This document shows positions 43,259-56,838 of a DNA stretch of 64,000 nucleotides, piece by piece. Source of the DNA: an uncultured Acidobacteriota bacterium (GTDB lineage: Bacteria; Acidobacteriota; Blastocatellia; RBC074). How positions within the stretch are numbered: the first letter of the stretch is position 1; the number at the start of each line of letters is the position of its first letter. The DNA lies in the NCBI GenBank assembly GCA_963796275.1, contig CAWCKY010000003.1, positions 640,001 to 704,000 of the forward strand, written 5' to 3'. Both the position numbers and the translations under genes were made by a program. The notes beneath the pieces were generated by a model. It did not search any database. It was not told the DNA's origin and saw only the letters and a list, made by a program, of their open reading frames with translations.

Positions 43259-43430
43259 GAATAGCCAATACCTATTTCGTTTGTTAGATGAGAGGCAAAC
43301 TTCTCCAAGCTCTCCTATTTCGCCGAGATTGTCTCATCATCGATCCAAGTGGCTGACTCAGTATGCCATCTCTGCATGCTCGATGAGCTTGCCCCAATTT
43401 TCCCCACAGTCCAGAACCGGAGGAGGTTTT

Positions 43431-46400
43431 GTGCGATTACCAAAACAGCTGTCAGGTCTCATCGTGCTGTTGTCAATGACCGGTCTTGTTTGCTTCGACC
43501 ATCCCCTGAGCGACTTCTCTCTGGCGCAATCGAATGACGCGAATGACGCTGATGCCATTCGCGTTGTGGTCGGGAAACTCTTCGAGTCATATCAACAGAA
43601 AGACCTCGACAATTTGATCTCCTTCTGGAGCGAGAAATCTCCATTCCTTGCCAGGAACAAAAGTGCTTTCCATGCGGAATTCAATGCCTATATGAATATT
43701 GTCGTGAAAGGCTTTGACATCCGCCAGATGAAGATCGATGGCGATAAGGCGACGCTGCGTGTGTCGGCTGAATTGGCGCTCACGAGGGCCCGTATGGTAA
43801 AGCCCGCTGAAAGGATTGGGCAGAAGAACCGGACGATCCGGCTGTTCAATGAAGGCGGGGTCTGGAAGGTCTGGGAGTTTATCCATAGCGAGGAAGAGCT
43901 CGCCTCCGCGATCATGGCGGTGAAGACGGAGGAAGAACAGAACGCATTGATGGAGAAAGAACCGGAGCTGGTGAACTCCGATCTTGCCTCCGCCCTTATC
44001 CGTCTGGCACGTCCTGTACCTGGTGATCAAAGGAGCCACCAGCGCGCGTTAAAGTTCTGTCAGCTCGCCTACAAAATCGCCGAGGGGGCTGGCGATCAAT
44101 GGGTCATGGCAATCGCTCAAATGTCCATGGCATATGTCCAGCTTCGTATCGACTCACCAGAAAATTCTCTCGAGCTGGCACTTGAATATTACCGGAGAAG
44201 TTTGAAGATTGGAGAAGAGTACGGATTTAAGGAGATCATTGCCAAGTCCCTGAGAGGTGCTGCACAGATCTGTGCACATATGGGCGAGATATTGCAAGCC
44301 GAAGAATATTATCAGCGAGGCTTACCGCTGTTTAATGAATTGGGAGACCGCGATTTGATATACGACGCGATGAACGACCTGGGAGTCATATATCGCAGAA
44401 GAGGCAATTTCGCCAAGGCCCTGGAGCTTCTTTTTAAATCATTGAAGATGGCTGAAAGCAGGCTTGTATCCGGAAAAGATTGGCAGCACCTGGCACTGGC
44501 CCGGATGAATATGGGCATTGCCTTCTCCGTCCAGGGTAATTACGAACTGTCTGTGGTTTATCAGCGGCAGGCAGTCGAAGCTGCGGAAAAAGCGGTAATG
44601 TTGGGAGACCTTGCTTCTAAAGACACTAAGTCCGGAGCGTTATCACTGATCGGTTATGCCTATATGCAACTGGGCAACCTCTCTTTAGCGATGGAGTATA
44701 GTCAGAAAAGTTTGAAGGTGGCGGATGAGATCGAAAATATAGTGCCGTATTTTAAAGAAGACCTAATCTCGACGCTCAAATCGCAAGTTGGGTTCATTCT
44801 GGAAGCGGAAAATAAGACGCTTGAAGCAATCGCAATCTACCAGGAGGCGCTCGAACTGGCAGAAAAATCGAAAGATAAAACCAAGGTAGTGTATCCCCTA
44901 TTGTACCTGGGCAGAGCAAATAATCTGCGAGGCGATTATCGCCAGGCCCTGGTCTTTGCCGAACGAGCCGTCAAATCTGCCGAACGGGCCGACCAGAGGC
45001 TCAATACAGGTATGGCGCTGGTAGTAGTCGCCAAAGCCTATCAGAAGCTCGGCCAACCCGAAGAGGCTTATCAGGCATTGACAAGAGCCATCGATATTTA
45101 CGGGAAGTTGCGAGAGCATTTAGGTGGCACGGAACTCGATCGCCAGCGCTCTTTAGAAGAAGCAGTTACTCCATATCACGTCATGGTTGATCTCCAGATC
45201 GATCAAAAACGATTCATGGAAGCCTTCGCTTTTGCTCAACAGGCAAAAGGAGGCACCCTCCTGGAAATGTTGCAAAACGGCCGAGTCAATGTCGACCGTT
45301 CAGCGTCTCCGGAGGAGCGCGAAGAGGAACAACGACTGAACAAAAAGATCGTTTCCCTCAACCGCCAGATCACAGGCGAGAAGTTGAAATCTCAACCTGA
45401 TGTTAAACGCTTGTCTGAGTTTGAAGAACGGCTGAAAAACGCTCGTCTGGAGTTCGAAGCTTTCCAAACCACACTCTACGCAGCCCATCCCGAGCTCAAA
45501 GTGAAGCGCGGCGAGATTCGACCAGTCTCACTTGTGGATACGGCACCACTCTTTCCCGATTCGAAGACCGCCCTCTTGGATTTCATCGTCACAGACGAGA
45601 ATGTCCACCTCTTCGTCTTGACCAAGGAGGCTTCCGCCCAACCGGCCATGAACACCTACACTATCAAGGTCGACCGCAAAGCGCTGGCTGAGAAGGTGGA
45701 GCGCTTCCGTCGCCGAATGGAGAACAGAGACTACGATTTCCAGGAGCTCTCCAAGGAGCTCTACCTCTTGCTGATCAGACCGGCGGAGAAGCAGCTGCGG
45801 AACAAAACCAATCTCGTCATCTCTCCTGATAACGTGCTGTGGAACTTGCCATTCCAGGTATTGCTCTCGCCGGAGTTGCGGTATCTGATCGAGGATGCCG
45901 CGATCTCATATGCGCCATCTCTCTCAGTGCTGAGAGAGATGCAACTGTCGGGCAAGAAGAGGCAGTCGCCTGCCAAGGCGTCGTTAATCGCTCTGGGTAA
46001 CCCGGCGCTGGGAACGAGGAGTAAAGAATTGGCCAAGTTTGCGAAAATGGATGCGGAGCTGCAGCCCTTGCCTGAGGCGGCGGCTCAAGTCCGAGCTTTA
46101 GGGCGGTTGTATGGCCCAGAGCTCAGCCGAGTCTTTATTGGTCCAGGAGCGCGCGAAGAAGTGGTCAAGCAGCAATCAGCTCGATATCGTATTGTACACC
46201 TGGCGACCCACGGCATCCTCAACGACGTCAGCCCGATGTACTCGCACGTCCTGCTGTCTCAAACTCCCGGAAAGAGCGAGGAAGACGGGTTGCTGGAGGC
46301 CTGGGAGATGATGAATCTGGACTTGAATGCAGACTTGGTTGTACTCTCGGCCTGCGATACGGCGCGTGGACGAGTGGGAAAAGGAGAAGGGATGATCGGT

Positions 46401-46649
46401 ATGACATGGGCGTTATTCGTGGCTGACTGTCCGAGGACGGTGGTCAGTCAATGGAAGGTAGAGGCATCGAGCACGACGGCCCTCATGGTGGAGTTCCACA
46501 AGAAGTTCAAGACGAGATACGGCGGTCAGAAACCGGCGGTTTCTACGGCCGAGTCGATGAGGCAGGCGGCATTGAAAGTGATGAGCAATCCTGAATACGC
46601 GCACCCGTTCTACTGGGGCGGATTTGTCGTGGTCGGCGATGGAAACTGA
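43431..46649 (+). CDS. Secreted TPR-CHAT protease, paralog of 32055..35267
   Basis: GTG at 43431 with GGAGGAGG RBS; same architecture; VHLATHG and [10 protein letters not shown]; C-terminal part highly similar to the paralog. Confidence 0.92.
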   Translation: MRLPKQLSGLIVLLSMTGLVCFDHPLSDFSLAQSNDANDADAIRVVVGKLFESYQQKDLDNLISFWSEKSPFLARNKSAFHAEFNAYMNIVVKGFDIRQMKIDGDKATLRVSAELALTRARMVKPAERIGQKNRTIRLFNEGGVWKVWEFIHSEEELASAIMAVKTEEEQNALMEKEPELVNSDLASALIRLARPVPGDQRSHQRALKFCQLAYKIAEGAGDQWVMAIAQMSMAYVQLRIDSPENSLELALEYYRRSLKIGEEYGFKEIIAKSLRGAAQICAHMGEILQAEEYYQRGLPLFNELGDRDLIYDAMNDLGVIYRRRGNFAKALELLFKSLKMAESRLVSGKDWQHLALARMNMGIAFSVQGNYELSVVYQRQAVEAAEKAVMLGDLASKDTKSGALSLIGYAYMQLGNLSLAMEYSQKSLKVADEIENIVPYFKEDLISTLKSQVGFILEAENKTLEAIAIYQEALELAEKSKDKTKVVYPLLYLGRANNLRGDYRQALVFAERAVKSAERADQRLNTGMALVVVAKAYQKLGQPEEAYQALTRAIDIYGKLREHLGGTELDRQRSLEEAVTPYHVMVDLQIDQKRFMEAFAFAQQAKGGTLLEMLQNGRVNVDRSASPEEREEEQRLNKKIVSLNRQITGEKLKSQPDVKRLSEFEERLKNARLEFEAFQTTLYAAHPELKVKRGEIRPVSLVDTAPLFPDSKTALLDFIVTDENVHLFVLTKEASAQPAMNTYTIKVDRKALAEKVERFRRRMENRDYDFQELSKELYLLLIRPAEKQLRNKTNLVISPDNVLWNLPFQVLLSPELRYLIEDAAISYAPSLSVLREMQLSGKKRQSPAKASLIALGNPALGTRSKELAKFAKMDAELQPLPEAAAQVRALGRLYGPELSRVFIGPGAREEVVKQQSARYRIVHLATHGILNDVSPMYSHVLLSQTPGKSEEDGLLEAWEMMNLDLNADLVVLSACDTARGRVGKGEGMIGMTWALFVADCPRTVVSQWKVEASSTTALMVEFHKKFKTRYGGQKPAVSTAESMRQAALKVMSNPEYAHPFYWGGFVVVGDGN

Positions 46650-46657
46650 TTTTTATT

Positions 46658-47737
46658 ATGCAAACATTTGATACTGCACCAGTCCGCACCGGTGAAGAGC
46701 TTGATTGGAAAGCGCTCGAAGCTTATCTGTCAGAGCACCTGCCGGCAAAACTCGACGATGGCGCGATCGATTCCGACGCCGGGTTAGAAGTCGATCAATT
46801 TCCGGGCGGACATTCGAATCTCACATATCGCATCCGCTTCGGCGGACGCGAGTTCGTCATGCGCCGTCCGCCGTTCGGCCCGGTCGCGCCGACGGCGCAC
46901 GATATGCCGCGCGAATACAGGTTGCTGGCCGCCATCAATCCGCACTTTCCGCTCGCGCCGAAACCCTATCTGCTGTGCGAAGACGCGAACGTCATCGGCG
47001 CGCCTTTCTATTTGATGGAACGCCGTCGCGGGATAGTCGTGCGCCAAACGATACCACCCGAGATAGGCGATAATCTCGAACTCCGTCGGAAGATCGGCGA
47101 AAATCTGGTGGATACACTCGCCGACATGCATAGAGTCGAGATAGAGGGCACGGGTCTCATCAAGATCGGCAAACCTCAGGGTTTCGTCAAGAGACAGGTC
47201 GAAGGTTGGGCGGGGCGATGGGAACGGGCGAAAACCCGCGAATTGGACGAGATGACCAGGACTGCGCAATGGCTCGTTGAACGGCTTCCGTCCGACCCCG
47301 AGCGGCCATCCCTCGTTCACAACGATTACAAACTGGACAACATAATGCTCGACCCGGCAGATCCTGCTCGAATTGCTGCAATACTCGATTGGGAGATGTG
47401 CACCGTCGGCGATCCGCTGGTTGATCTCGGCTTGTTGCTATGTTATTGGCCTCAGGCTGACGATCCGGACCTCTTCTCCGATTCTCTGAGAAGCGTGACG
47501 ATGTTACCCGGGTGGATGAAGCGGGCGGAGATTATTGAAAGATACGCCGCGCGCAGCGGGCGCGACCTGTCGAATATCGCTTACTATCATACCCTGGCAG
47601 TTTTCAAACTAACGGTCGTGATCCAGCAAATTTACTATCGCTATCACGTGGGTCAGACCAAAGACGCGCGGTTCGCCGATTTCGATAAACGCGTCGAAGC
47701 GTTGGCGAAGATGGCTCACTCTATGATCCGATCTTGA
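46658..47737 (+). CDS. Phosphotransferase family protein (APH/ACAD10-11 kinase-like)
   Basis: [29 protein letters not shown] and [17 protein letters not shown] motifs. Confidence 0.9.
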   Translation: MQTFDTAPVRTGEELDWKALEAYLSEHLPAKLDDGAIDSDAGLEVDQFPGGHSNLTYRIRFGGREFVMRRPPFGPVAPTAHDMPREYRLLAAINPHFPLAPKPYLLCEDANVIGAPFYLMERRRGIVVRQTIPPEIGDNLELRRKIGENLVDTLADMHRVEIEGTGLIKIGKPQGFVKRQVEGWAGRWERAKTRELDEMTRTAQWLVERLPSDPERPSLVHNDYKLDNIMLDPADPARIAAILDWEMCTVGDPLVDLGLLLCYWPQADDPDLFSDSLRSVTMLPGWMKRAEIIERYAARSGRDLSNIAYYHTLAVFKLTVVIQQIYYRYHVGQTKDARFADFDKRVEALAKMAHSMIRS

Positions 47738-48032
47738 GTCTGAGATAAGAAAAAATCCATAGTGTTGTAAAGCGCTCCCTGCTAAAACAGGAACAAAATG
47801 CCAGGCCATTGCATTTTGGCCACATTTGGCACTCTTGTTTCCATGTTTTAATAGATTGGTTGATCTAAACTGCCAATTCCAAACCAAATACCGACAACCC
47901 CCCCTTGAAGCCGTCACCTCGCGGTAGTAGCATAAGAATGGCTTTACCAAATAACATCAGCGCTCACGCGTGGGCGCCTATTTCGGTCAAAGGCAATGTA
48001 AAGATATATTCCAATTTGTTGCGAGGTATCCG

Positions 48033-50570
<2,538 letters not shown>

Positions 50571-50708
50571 ATCATTGTCATTTGTCATTTGTCATTCGTC
50601 ATTGAAGAGGATTGGTTCAGTCAGTCGTAAATGGTCAATGACAATTGGAAATGAAAAATGAAAAATAAAAAATGGAATGGAAAATGGAAAAAGAAGGGGG
50701 GTGAATGA

Positions 50709-52067
50709 GTGCACACGCTGGAAGACCTGCGGGAACGTATCAACCTTCGCCTCGATGACAGTTTTGTCGGGATCAGCGAGCAGGTGGCCGATCTAGCAGC
50801 CGAAGACCTGGTCGAACTGCTTAATCAATTGACGCTGATCGAGGCGGCATCGATCATGATGATGCTTCCGGTGGCGCGCGCCGTCGAGCTATTCGACCAG
50901 CCCACAATGTCACGCCGCGGGGCGATTCTGGAGAAACTCGAGCCGGGACGAGCCGCGCAGATCATCTCAGGCCTCGCCGCAGATGAGCGCACAGACATCA
51001 TTCAGCAAATAGGTCTGACCGAACGCCGCCGCATCCTCGCCCGCGTCGATAACGAGGTCAAAGCCGAACTCGAACACCTGCTGCAATACGAAGAACACAC
51101 TGCTGGCGGCATTATGACGACGGAGTTTGTGCGGCTCGATCCGGAGATGACAGTGGGCGATGCTCTCAAACATATCCGTTCGGTCGCGCGCGAGAAGGAG
51201 TCGATCTATGCCTGCTATGTGATGGAACCGGAGACCGACAGGCTACTGGGAGCGGTCTCGCTGCGCGATCTGGTTATGGCGGAGCTCGATCAGTCCGTGG
51301 CGCGCGTGATGCGCCGCCGGCCCATCACCGTTGAAGCCAGCGATGACCAGGAGACCGTGGCGCAAAAGATCGCCAAATATAACTTGCTCGCCGTCCCCGT
51401 GCTCGAGAAGGACGGCAGCCTCGTCGGTTTTGTTACGGTCGACGATGTCATCGACGTTTTGATTGAAGAGCAGACCGAAGATATTCTGCGAATGGCCGCA
51501 GTCGAACCAGGCGCGCTCGACCGGCCTTACTTCGACAACCCGATCTTTCGCGTCGTTCGCAAGCGGATCGGATGGCTGTTGCTTCTCTTCGTGGCGTCAA
51601 CGATGTCGAGCAAAGTTCTCAAGAGTTTTGGAGCGGAACTGGGGACCGTCGTCGCGCTTACTTTCTTTATTACGTTGTTGACCGGCACCGGGGGGAATGC
51701 GGGGGCGCAGACGGTGATGACAGTCATCCGCAGCCTCTCGCTAGGTGAGATCGGCGTGAAAAACGCCTGGCGCGTCGTACTTCGAGAGTCGCTGACGGGA
51801 TTGATGGTCGGAGGATTGATCGGCGTGGTCGCCTTTGCCCAGGCCTACTGGGTCACGCAGGATATCAAGTTGGCCTTGACAATTGCGGTCACCATCTGTG
51901 CAATCTGCGTCTGGTCGACTACGGTCGGAGCGATCGTTCCGATTGTGGCGCACCATTTCGGCGTCGACCCGGCTCTCCTCTCCGCACCGCTCATTACGAC
52001 TTTGGTTGACGCGACAGGTCTGCTAATTTATCTGTCGATTGCGAAGTTGATATTGGATCAAATTTAA
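50709..52067 (+). CDS. mgtE: Magnesium transporter MgtE
   Basis: [13 protein letters not shown] pair, [19 protein letters not shown] and [15 protein letters not shown] motifs. Confidence 0.95.
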   Translation: MHTLEDLRERINLRLDDSFVGISEQVADLAAEDLVELLNQLTLIEAASIMMMLPVARAVELFDQPTMSRRGAILEKLEPGRAAQIISGLAADERTDIIQQIGLTERRRILARVDNEVKAELEHLLQYEEHTAGGIMTTEFVRLDPEMTVGDALKHIRSVAREKESIYACYVMEPETDRLLGAVSLRDLVMAELDQSVARVMRRRPITVEASDDQETVAQKIAKYNLLAVPVLEKDGSLVGFVTVDDVIDVLIEEQTEDILRMAAVEPGALDRPYFDNPIFRVVRKRIGWLLLLFVASTMSSKVLKSFGAELGTVVALTFFITLLTGTGGNAGAQTVMTVIRSLSLGEIGVKNAWRVVLRESLTGLMVGGLIGVVAFAQAYWVTQDIKLALTIAVTICAICVWSTTVGAIVPIVAHHFGVDPALLSAPLITTLVDATGLLIYLSIAKLILDQI

Positions 52068-52180
52068 CCGGCCAAAGAGGCACAGAGACAGAGAGGAAAA
52101 AGTGATTTGCGATTAATCACTAATACCTCTTCTCTCCTATGTGCATCTGGCCAGTCCTTGGCATTCGGGAATTTGAAATT

Positions 52181-53293
52181 ATGCGGACTAGACGAAAACG
52201 GCTGCGAATTTCTCTGGTATTTGTCCTGGCGGCTTTCGTATCGATCGCTCCGAATTTCAGCGCGCAGCAGCGGGCACTTTTCGATGTGATCCCGCTCGGA
52301 CTGCCGGAGGACACCTGGAGGTTCTACGTCCCGAAAAGCAATCCGCTCACCGCAGCGAAGATCGAGCTCGGCCGCAAACTCTTCTTTGACGCCCGGCTTT
52401 CGGCTGACGGCAAAGTATCGTGTTCGTCATGCCACGACCCGAAGTTGGCGTTCACCGATGGCAAAACGATTGCCGAAGGGATAGCGGGCCGGCGCGGGAC
52501 GCGCAATGCCCCTACGCTGCTCAATGCGGTGTTCAACCCCGCGCAATTCTGGGATGGCCGCGCTGATACCCTGGAACAACAGGCAGCCGAGCCGCTCATC
52601 AACCCGCTTGAAATGGGCAATGAATCGCACGATCAAGTGATCAACCGGCTGCGCTCGATCTCCGAGTACCGCGCGGAATTTCAATCCGTTTTCGGGGGTG
52701 AGATTACAATCGAGCGGTACTCTCAGGCAGTAGCTGCATATGAGCGTTCGCTGCTCTCGGGCGATTCACCGCTCGATCGATTTCTCGCAGGAGATGAAGA
52801 CGCGCTCAGCCAGAGCGCCAAACGAGGTTTTGCGATCTTCCGCGGAAGAGGTCGCTGCGCTCGCTGCCACTCTTTCACCGATCAACGACCATTCTTCACT
52901 GATTTCGCTTATCACAACACCGGAGTCGCCGCTTTTCATCCGGAGTTCGACAGACTCGCGCGACAGGCCGCCGCAGCCACGGAAACCGAGCGGGCAAAAG
53001 CCGTCATCGATAAACTCGGCCGCGAGCAAGGCGGTCAGGAATTGGGACGAATTTTGATCTCTTATCAGCTTTTCGATGTCGGCGCCTATCGCACACCGAG
53101 CTTGCGCAATGTGGGCGTCACCGCGCCTTACTTCCACAACGGCAGCGCAAAGACGCTCGCCGATGTGGTCAAGTTTTATAACGGAGGCGGCCGGCATAAC
53201 CCAAATATCGATGAAGAGCTCCACTCGCTGGGGTTGACCGAAGACGAGCAGCGCGAACTGGTGATTTTTTTGGAGTGTTTGACCGGCAGGTGA
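52181..53293 (+). CDS. Di-heme cytochrome c peroxidase (CcpA/MauG family)
   Basis: Two CxxCH motifs (CSSCH, CARCH); LGRKLFFD, RNAPT, QFWDGRA and TPSLRNV...APYFHNG; signal peptide. Confidence 0.92.
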   Translation: MRTRRKRLRISLVFVLAAFVSIAPNFSAQQRALFDVIPLGLPEDTWRFYVPKSNPLTAAKIELGRKLFFDARLSADGKVSCSSCHDPKLAFTDGKTIAEGIAGRRGTRNAPTLLNAVFNPAQFWDGRADTLEQQAAEPLINPLEMGNESHDQVINRLRSISEYRAEFQSVFGGEITIERYSQAVAAYERSLLSGDSPLDRFLAGDEDALSQSAKRGFAIFRGRGRCARCHSFTDQRPFFTDFAYHNTGVAAFHPEFDRLARQAAAATETERAKAVIDKLGREQGGQELGRILISYQLFDVGAYRTPSLRNVGVTAPYFHNGSAKTLADVVKFYNGGGRHNPNIDEELHSLGLTEDEQRELVIFLECLTGR

Positions 53294-53431
53294 AGGAAAA
53301 TTCACAAAAAGAGGACATAAAAACATATAAATTTTCCCGATAATGTTTTTGTGTCCTCTTTGTATTTTTTCTGCTCGCCATGATAGGGTAAATAGGATTC
53401 AGGACTCTACCTTTAGGAGGGTACCACTAAT

Positions 53432-54298
53432 ATGCTAACGCAATCGCTAAACCACACTTCTTCTCTCTACTCAACGACACGCAATTCAGATTTATCGCAT
53501 CGATCGTTCCGCTCGATTGCGGATTTCCGCAAAGCGAAACTGGATGGGCGCAAGATATCGATGCTCAGCGTCTATGACGCGATCTTCGCTCGGCTTGCGG
53601 TTGAGGCTGGGGCCAACACTCTCCTCGTAGGCGACAGTGTGGCGATGGTTCTATATGGATACGAGAGCACAATTCATGCCACGGTTGAGATGATCGCCTC
53701 GCACGTAGCGGCTGTTCGCCGCGCGTGTCCAGGCGCATTTATAGTCGCTGATCTTCCCTTCGGCTCCTACCGTAGAGGTGTGAAAGCCGCTATGAAGGCT
53801 GTCGAGGCAATGGCGCGCGCCGGAGCTAGCGCAGTCAAACTCGAGGGAGTCGCGGGCAATGAAAAGATCATCTCGCATATCGTTGAATCGGGAATTCCCT
53901 TGATGGGCCACATCGGGCTGACGCCTCAATCTGTGCTTGCGCTCGGAGGGTATAAGGTGCAAGGAGCGACAGAGAAGGGAGCATCCAGGCTCATCGAAGA
54001 CGCCCGAACCCTGGAGGGGCTGGGCGCCTTTTCACTTGTTCTGGAATGTGTAAGCCGCGGCCTGGGTCCACGTATCTCTACTCATCTTTCCATACCGGTC
54101 ATCGGAATCGGAGCCGGCGCGGATGTCGACGGTCAAGTGCTCGTGGTCTCCGACGTCCTCGGACTCTCGCGGGGCCGCTCTCCGCGATTTGTCAGGAAAT
54201 ACATGGATGGTGAGGCTCTGGTGTCAAAAGCGTTCGAAGAATTCTTTCGGCAGATAGACGAGTCGGATTACCCGAACCAGGCCGAGAGCTACGATTGA
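53432..54298 (+). CDS. panB: 3-methyl-2-oxobutanoate hydroxymethyltransferase
   Basis: LLVGDS, ADLPFGSY, AVKLEG, GHIGLTPQ and IGIGAG...DGQVLV motifs. Confidence 0.96.
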   Translation: MLTQSLNHTSSLYSTTRNSDLSHRSFRSIADFRKAKLDGRKISMLSVYDAIFARLAVEAGANTLLVGDSVAMVLYGYESTIHATVEMIASHVAAVRRACPGAFIVADLPFGSYRRGVKAAMKAVEAMARAGASAVKLEGVAGNEKIISHIVESGIPLMGHIGLTPQSVLALGGYKVQGATEKGASRLIEDARTLEGLGAFSLVLECVSRGLGPRISTHLSIPVIGIGAGADVDGQVLVVSDVLGLSRGRSPRFVRKYMDGEALVSKAFEEFFRQIDESDYPNQAESYD

Positions 54299-54309
54299 TC
54301 GGAATTGAC

Positions 54310-55050
54310 ATGACTTCACAGATTCCCGGCAATCATCCGAGAAGGGTTTCGCTCGAGACGAGGACGAGGCTTACGGATGGTGTGCGGCAAGGGATTACAT
54401 CTTTCGATGGACTGATCGCTCATGGAAGAGGCGAGGCGTTTGATTATCTGCTGGGAGAGCAAACGCATGATTTTGCTCTACGTGCGATCGATGCAAGTGC
54501 GGCTGCTCTCCTCCTTGCAGAACGCCCCGTGATTTCAGTGAACGGAAATGCGGCAGCCCTTGTTCCACGAGAAATGGGAATTCTCGCGGAGATTCTCGGT
54601 TCTCCGCTCGAAGTGAACCTCTTTCACGCGAGCCGTGAGCGCGAAATGAAAATTCGCGATCACCTTCTCTCACACGGCGCCCGCCAAGTCCTCTTAGCGG
54701 ATGAGGATTTTGTTATAGGTGGTCTTGATTCCAACCGGCGCCTCGTAAATGGCCAGGGAATATATCGAGCCGATGTGATCTTCGTTCCTCTCGAAGACGG
54801 CGACCGCTGTGAGGCGCTCATTAGGTCCGGACGAAAAGTCATCACGATCGATTTGAACCCGTTATCGAGAACCGCGCGTACCGCCTCGATCACGATTGTG
54901 GATAATATCGTCCGGGCGCTTCCGCTGTTGATAGAACGTGTAAAATCTATTGGTTCGAATTCCCCTTCGATTCTCGAAGATATTATGAAGAAATACGACA
55001 ACAGCCTCACCCTTCGAGAATCAGAAGCGGTTTTACGTGGTAACCGTTGA
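54310..55050 (+). CDS. Archaeal-type 4-phosphopantoate--beta-alanine ligase (phosphopantothenate synthetase, PPS)
   Basis: Family motifs HPRRVSL, GLIAHGRGEAFDYLLGE, PVISVNGN, LEVNLF, VPLEDGDRCEAL, IDLNPLSRT and TIVDNIVRA. Confidence 0.9.
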   Translation: MTSQIPGNHPRRVSLETRTRLTDGVRQGITSFDGLIAHGRGEAFDYLLGEQTHDFALRAIDASAAALLLAERPVISVNGNAAALVPREMGILAEILGSPLEVNLFHASREREMKIRDHLLSHGARQVLLADEDFVIGGLDSNRRLVNGQGIYRADVIFVPLEDGDRCEALIRSGRKVITIDLNPLSRTARTASITIVDNIVRALPLLIERVKSIGSNSPSILEDIMKKYDNSLTLRESEAVLRGNR

Positions 55051-55119
55051 GGCAGGGCGGTATTGGGAGTGGGAGATAACAGTCGGTGAAGTCCATGGAG
55101 CGAACGGAGTGTTGACTCA

Positions 55120-55193
55120 ATGAACGTTTAGAGCTCCGCGGTCAGAAATCAAGCAAAAAAAAGACCGCGTAAACGCGGAACTCCAAACGCATT
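55120..55193. repeat. REP-like inverted pair between PPS and coaX
   Basis: CGTTTAGAGCTCCGCGGTC ... GACCGCGTAAACGCGGAACTCCAAACG, with an internal hairpin CCGCGT-AA-ACGCGG. Confidence 0.55.
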
Positions 55194-55210
55194 AGTTCGG
55201 GGAGGGTTCT

Positions 55211-55981
55211 ATGATTCTTTGCCTGGACGTAGGAAATACGCAGATTTACGGTGGAGTATTCAAAGACAATGCGCTCGCCAGCACATTTCGGAAGAGCTCG
55301 TTAAATGTCGCCTCCTCAGATGAGTTCGGTCTATTTCTCCGTACCGTTCTGCGTGAGAGCGGTTACGATCCACTGGATGTGCGGCAGGTGGCGATCTGCT
55401 CGGTTGTGCCGAACCTGGTCCATTCTCTCCGCGCAGCGTGTCTCAAATACTTCGCCGGCGAACCGTTTCTTCTCCAACCAGGGGTTAAAACAGGACTCAA
55501 GATCAATTATCGAAACCCGATCGAAGTCGGCGCAGACAGGATCGCAAACGCTGTCGGCGCCCTCGATCGATTCCCCGATGAAAATCTAATTATCCTCGAT
55601 CTGGGAACAGCTAGCACCTTTTGCGCAGTCTCTTCCGGGCGCCAATATCTCGGAGGGGCGATTACCGCCGGGCTTCGCATCTCGATGGAAGCGCTCGAAT
55701 CCAAGACGGCTCGCCTGCCCGCCGTCGAAATAATCAGACCGGGGACTGCCGTCGGGCGCTCGACTGTTGAGAGTATTCAATCAGGACTGTTTTATGGGGC
55801 CGCCGGAGCTATTCGTGAGATTACGGAGAGAATGAAAACCGAATGCTTTCAAGGGCAGAATGTGATCGTGATCGGAACGGGGGGGTTCAGCAGGTTATTT
55901 GAGGAAGAGGGACTATTCGATAAGCTGGTTCCGGATCTGGTGCTACACGGTCTTTATGTCATTTGGCGGATGAATTCTTAA
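55211..55981 (+). CDS. coaX: Type III pantothenate kinase
   Basis: [30 protein letters not shown] and GTGG motifs. Confidence 0.93.
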   Translation: MILCLDVGNTQIYGGVFKDNALASTFRKSSLNVASSDEFGLFLRTVLRESGYDPLDVRQVAICSVVPNLVHSLRAACLKYFAGEPFLLQPGVKTGLKINYRNPIEVGADRIANAVGALDRFPDENLIILDLGTASTFCAVSSGRQYLGGAITAGLRISMEALESKTARLPAVEIIRPGTAVGRSTVESIQSGLFYGAAGAIREITERMKTECFQGQNVIVIGTGGFSRLFEEEGLFDKLVPDLVLHGLYVIWRMNS

Positions 55982-56091
55982 ATGAGAAAACAATCCCGAT
56001 TTCCTCATATCCCTGGTGGGGGCAGGTAACATCCAAACATACCGATCCCCCACCGCGCATTTTGAAAATTGCTGAATTTAAGTGGCCAAGC

Positions 56092-56481
56092 TTAAGCGGC
56101 GAGTTGAGGTTCCGTCCCAGGCTCTAGCGATATCTGACTTACGATGTACTGAAACGAGACGTCTCTTAATCTATCATCGACTTTGAGTGGAAGAGGCAGT
56201 TCGATAGTCCCTTGGGGACCGACACTGTATCTCGGGGTATCATAATGGTTTTTGGTTGCTGCTGAGACATCGGGTGCATTCTGATCCAACCAGCGATTGA
56301 CCTCTGGGTGGAGCACATCCAGGCCGTATTGTTGCCACAGGAGTTCCATCACGACTATGCTCGGTGGGACAGCTTTGCGGTGATATACGGCAGGCACTCT
56401 CAGTTTGACAATTATTTCATCGGGCACTGGGTTGGTGAAACCTTGCTGCTTGTTACCGAAAATATTGAGGCACTGTAACAT
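56092..56481 (-). CDS. Hypothetical protein (~129 aa)
   Basis: The ORF fills an otherwise empty gap, and ATG 56481 is preceded by AAAGGGAAG. No recognisable family. Confidence 0.45.
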   Translation of the reverse strand: MLQCLNIFGNKQQGFTNPVPDEIIVKLRVPAVYHRKAVPPSIVVMELLWQQYGLDVLHPEVNRWLDQNAPDVSAATKNHYDTPRYSVGPQGTIELPLPLKVDDRLRDVSFQYIVSQISLEPGTEPQLAA

Positions 56482-56838
56482 TGTAATCTTCCCTTTCGAC
56501 TTCGTTGCATCAGATTTCAACTTTTCCGATTCTAGAACAGGAATCAAACTGCGAAAGCATTGTTCTTCATCGAAGCGGGATTTCCGCGATTATCAAGAAA
56601 CCAAGCAACTTATCCGCTCTCTGATTTAGCTTACGCGGAGAGGGCGGCAACTGGATTGCTGTCGTCCGGTTAAAAAAGGAGAGCTCGAGTTGGGGGTCTA
56701 GATCAGAAATCGTATCGGTTTTAGTACGCACCGACTGCGGATTAAAAATAAATTCCGTATGACGGTTTAACTTTTCCCTTACAGTTTTTATAATTCTAAC
56801 GGCACCATCCCCCAGCGAATTGCAATGAGGTTTTCTGC

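Noticed and set aside
43281-43430. Upstream start extensions in the ORF track (also 12656, 15087, 15881, 21219, 47970, 52139, 58760)
   Set aside because: Downstream starts have a better RBS, signal-peptide position or paralog agreement; some extensions run through repeats.
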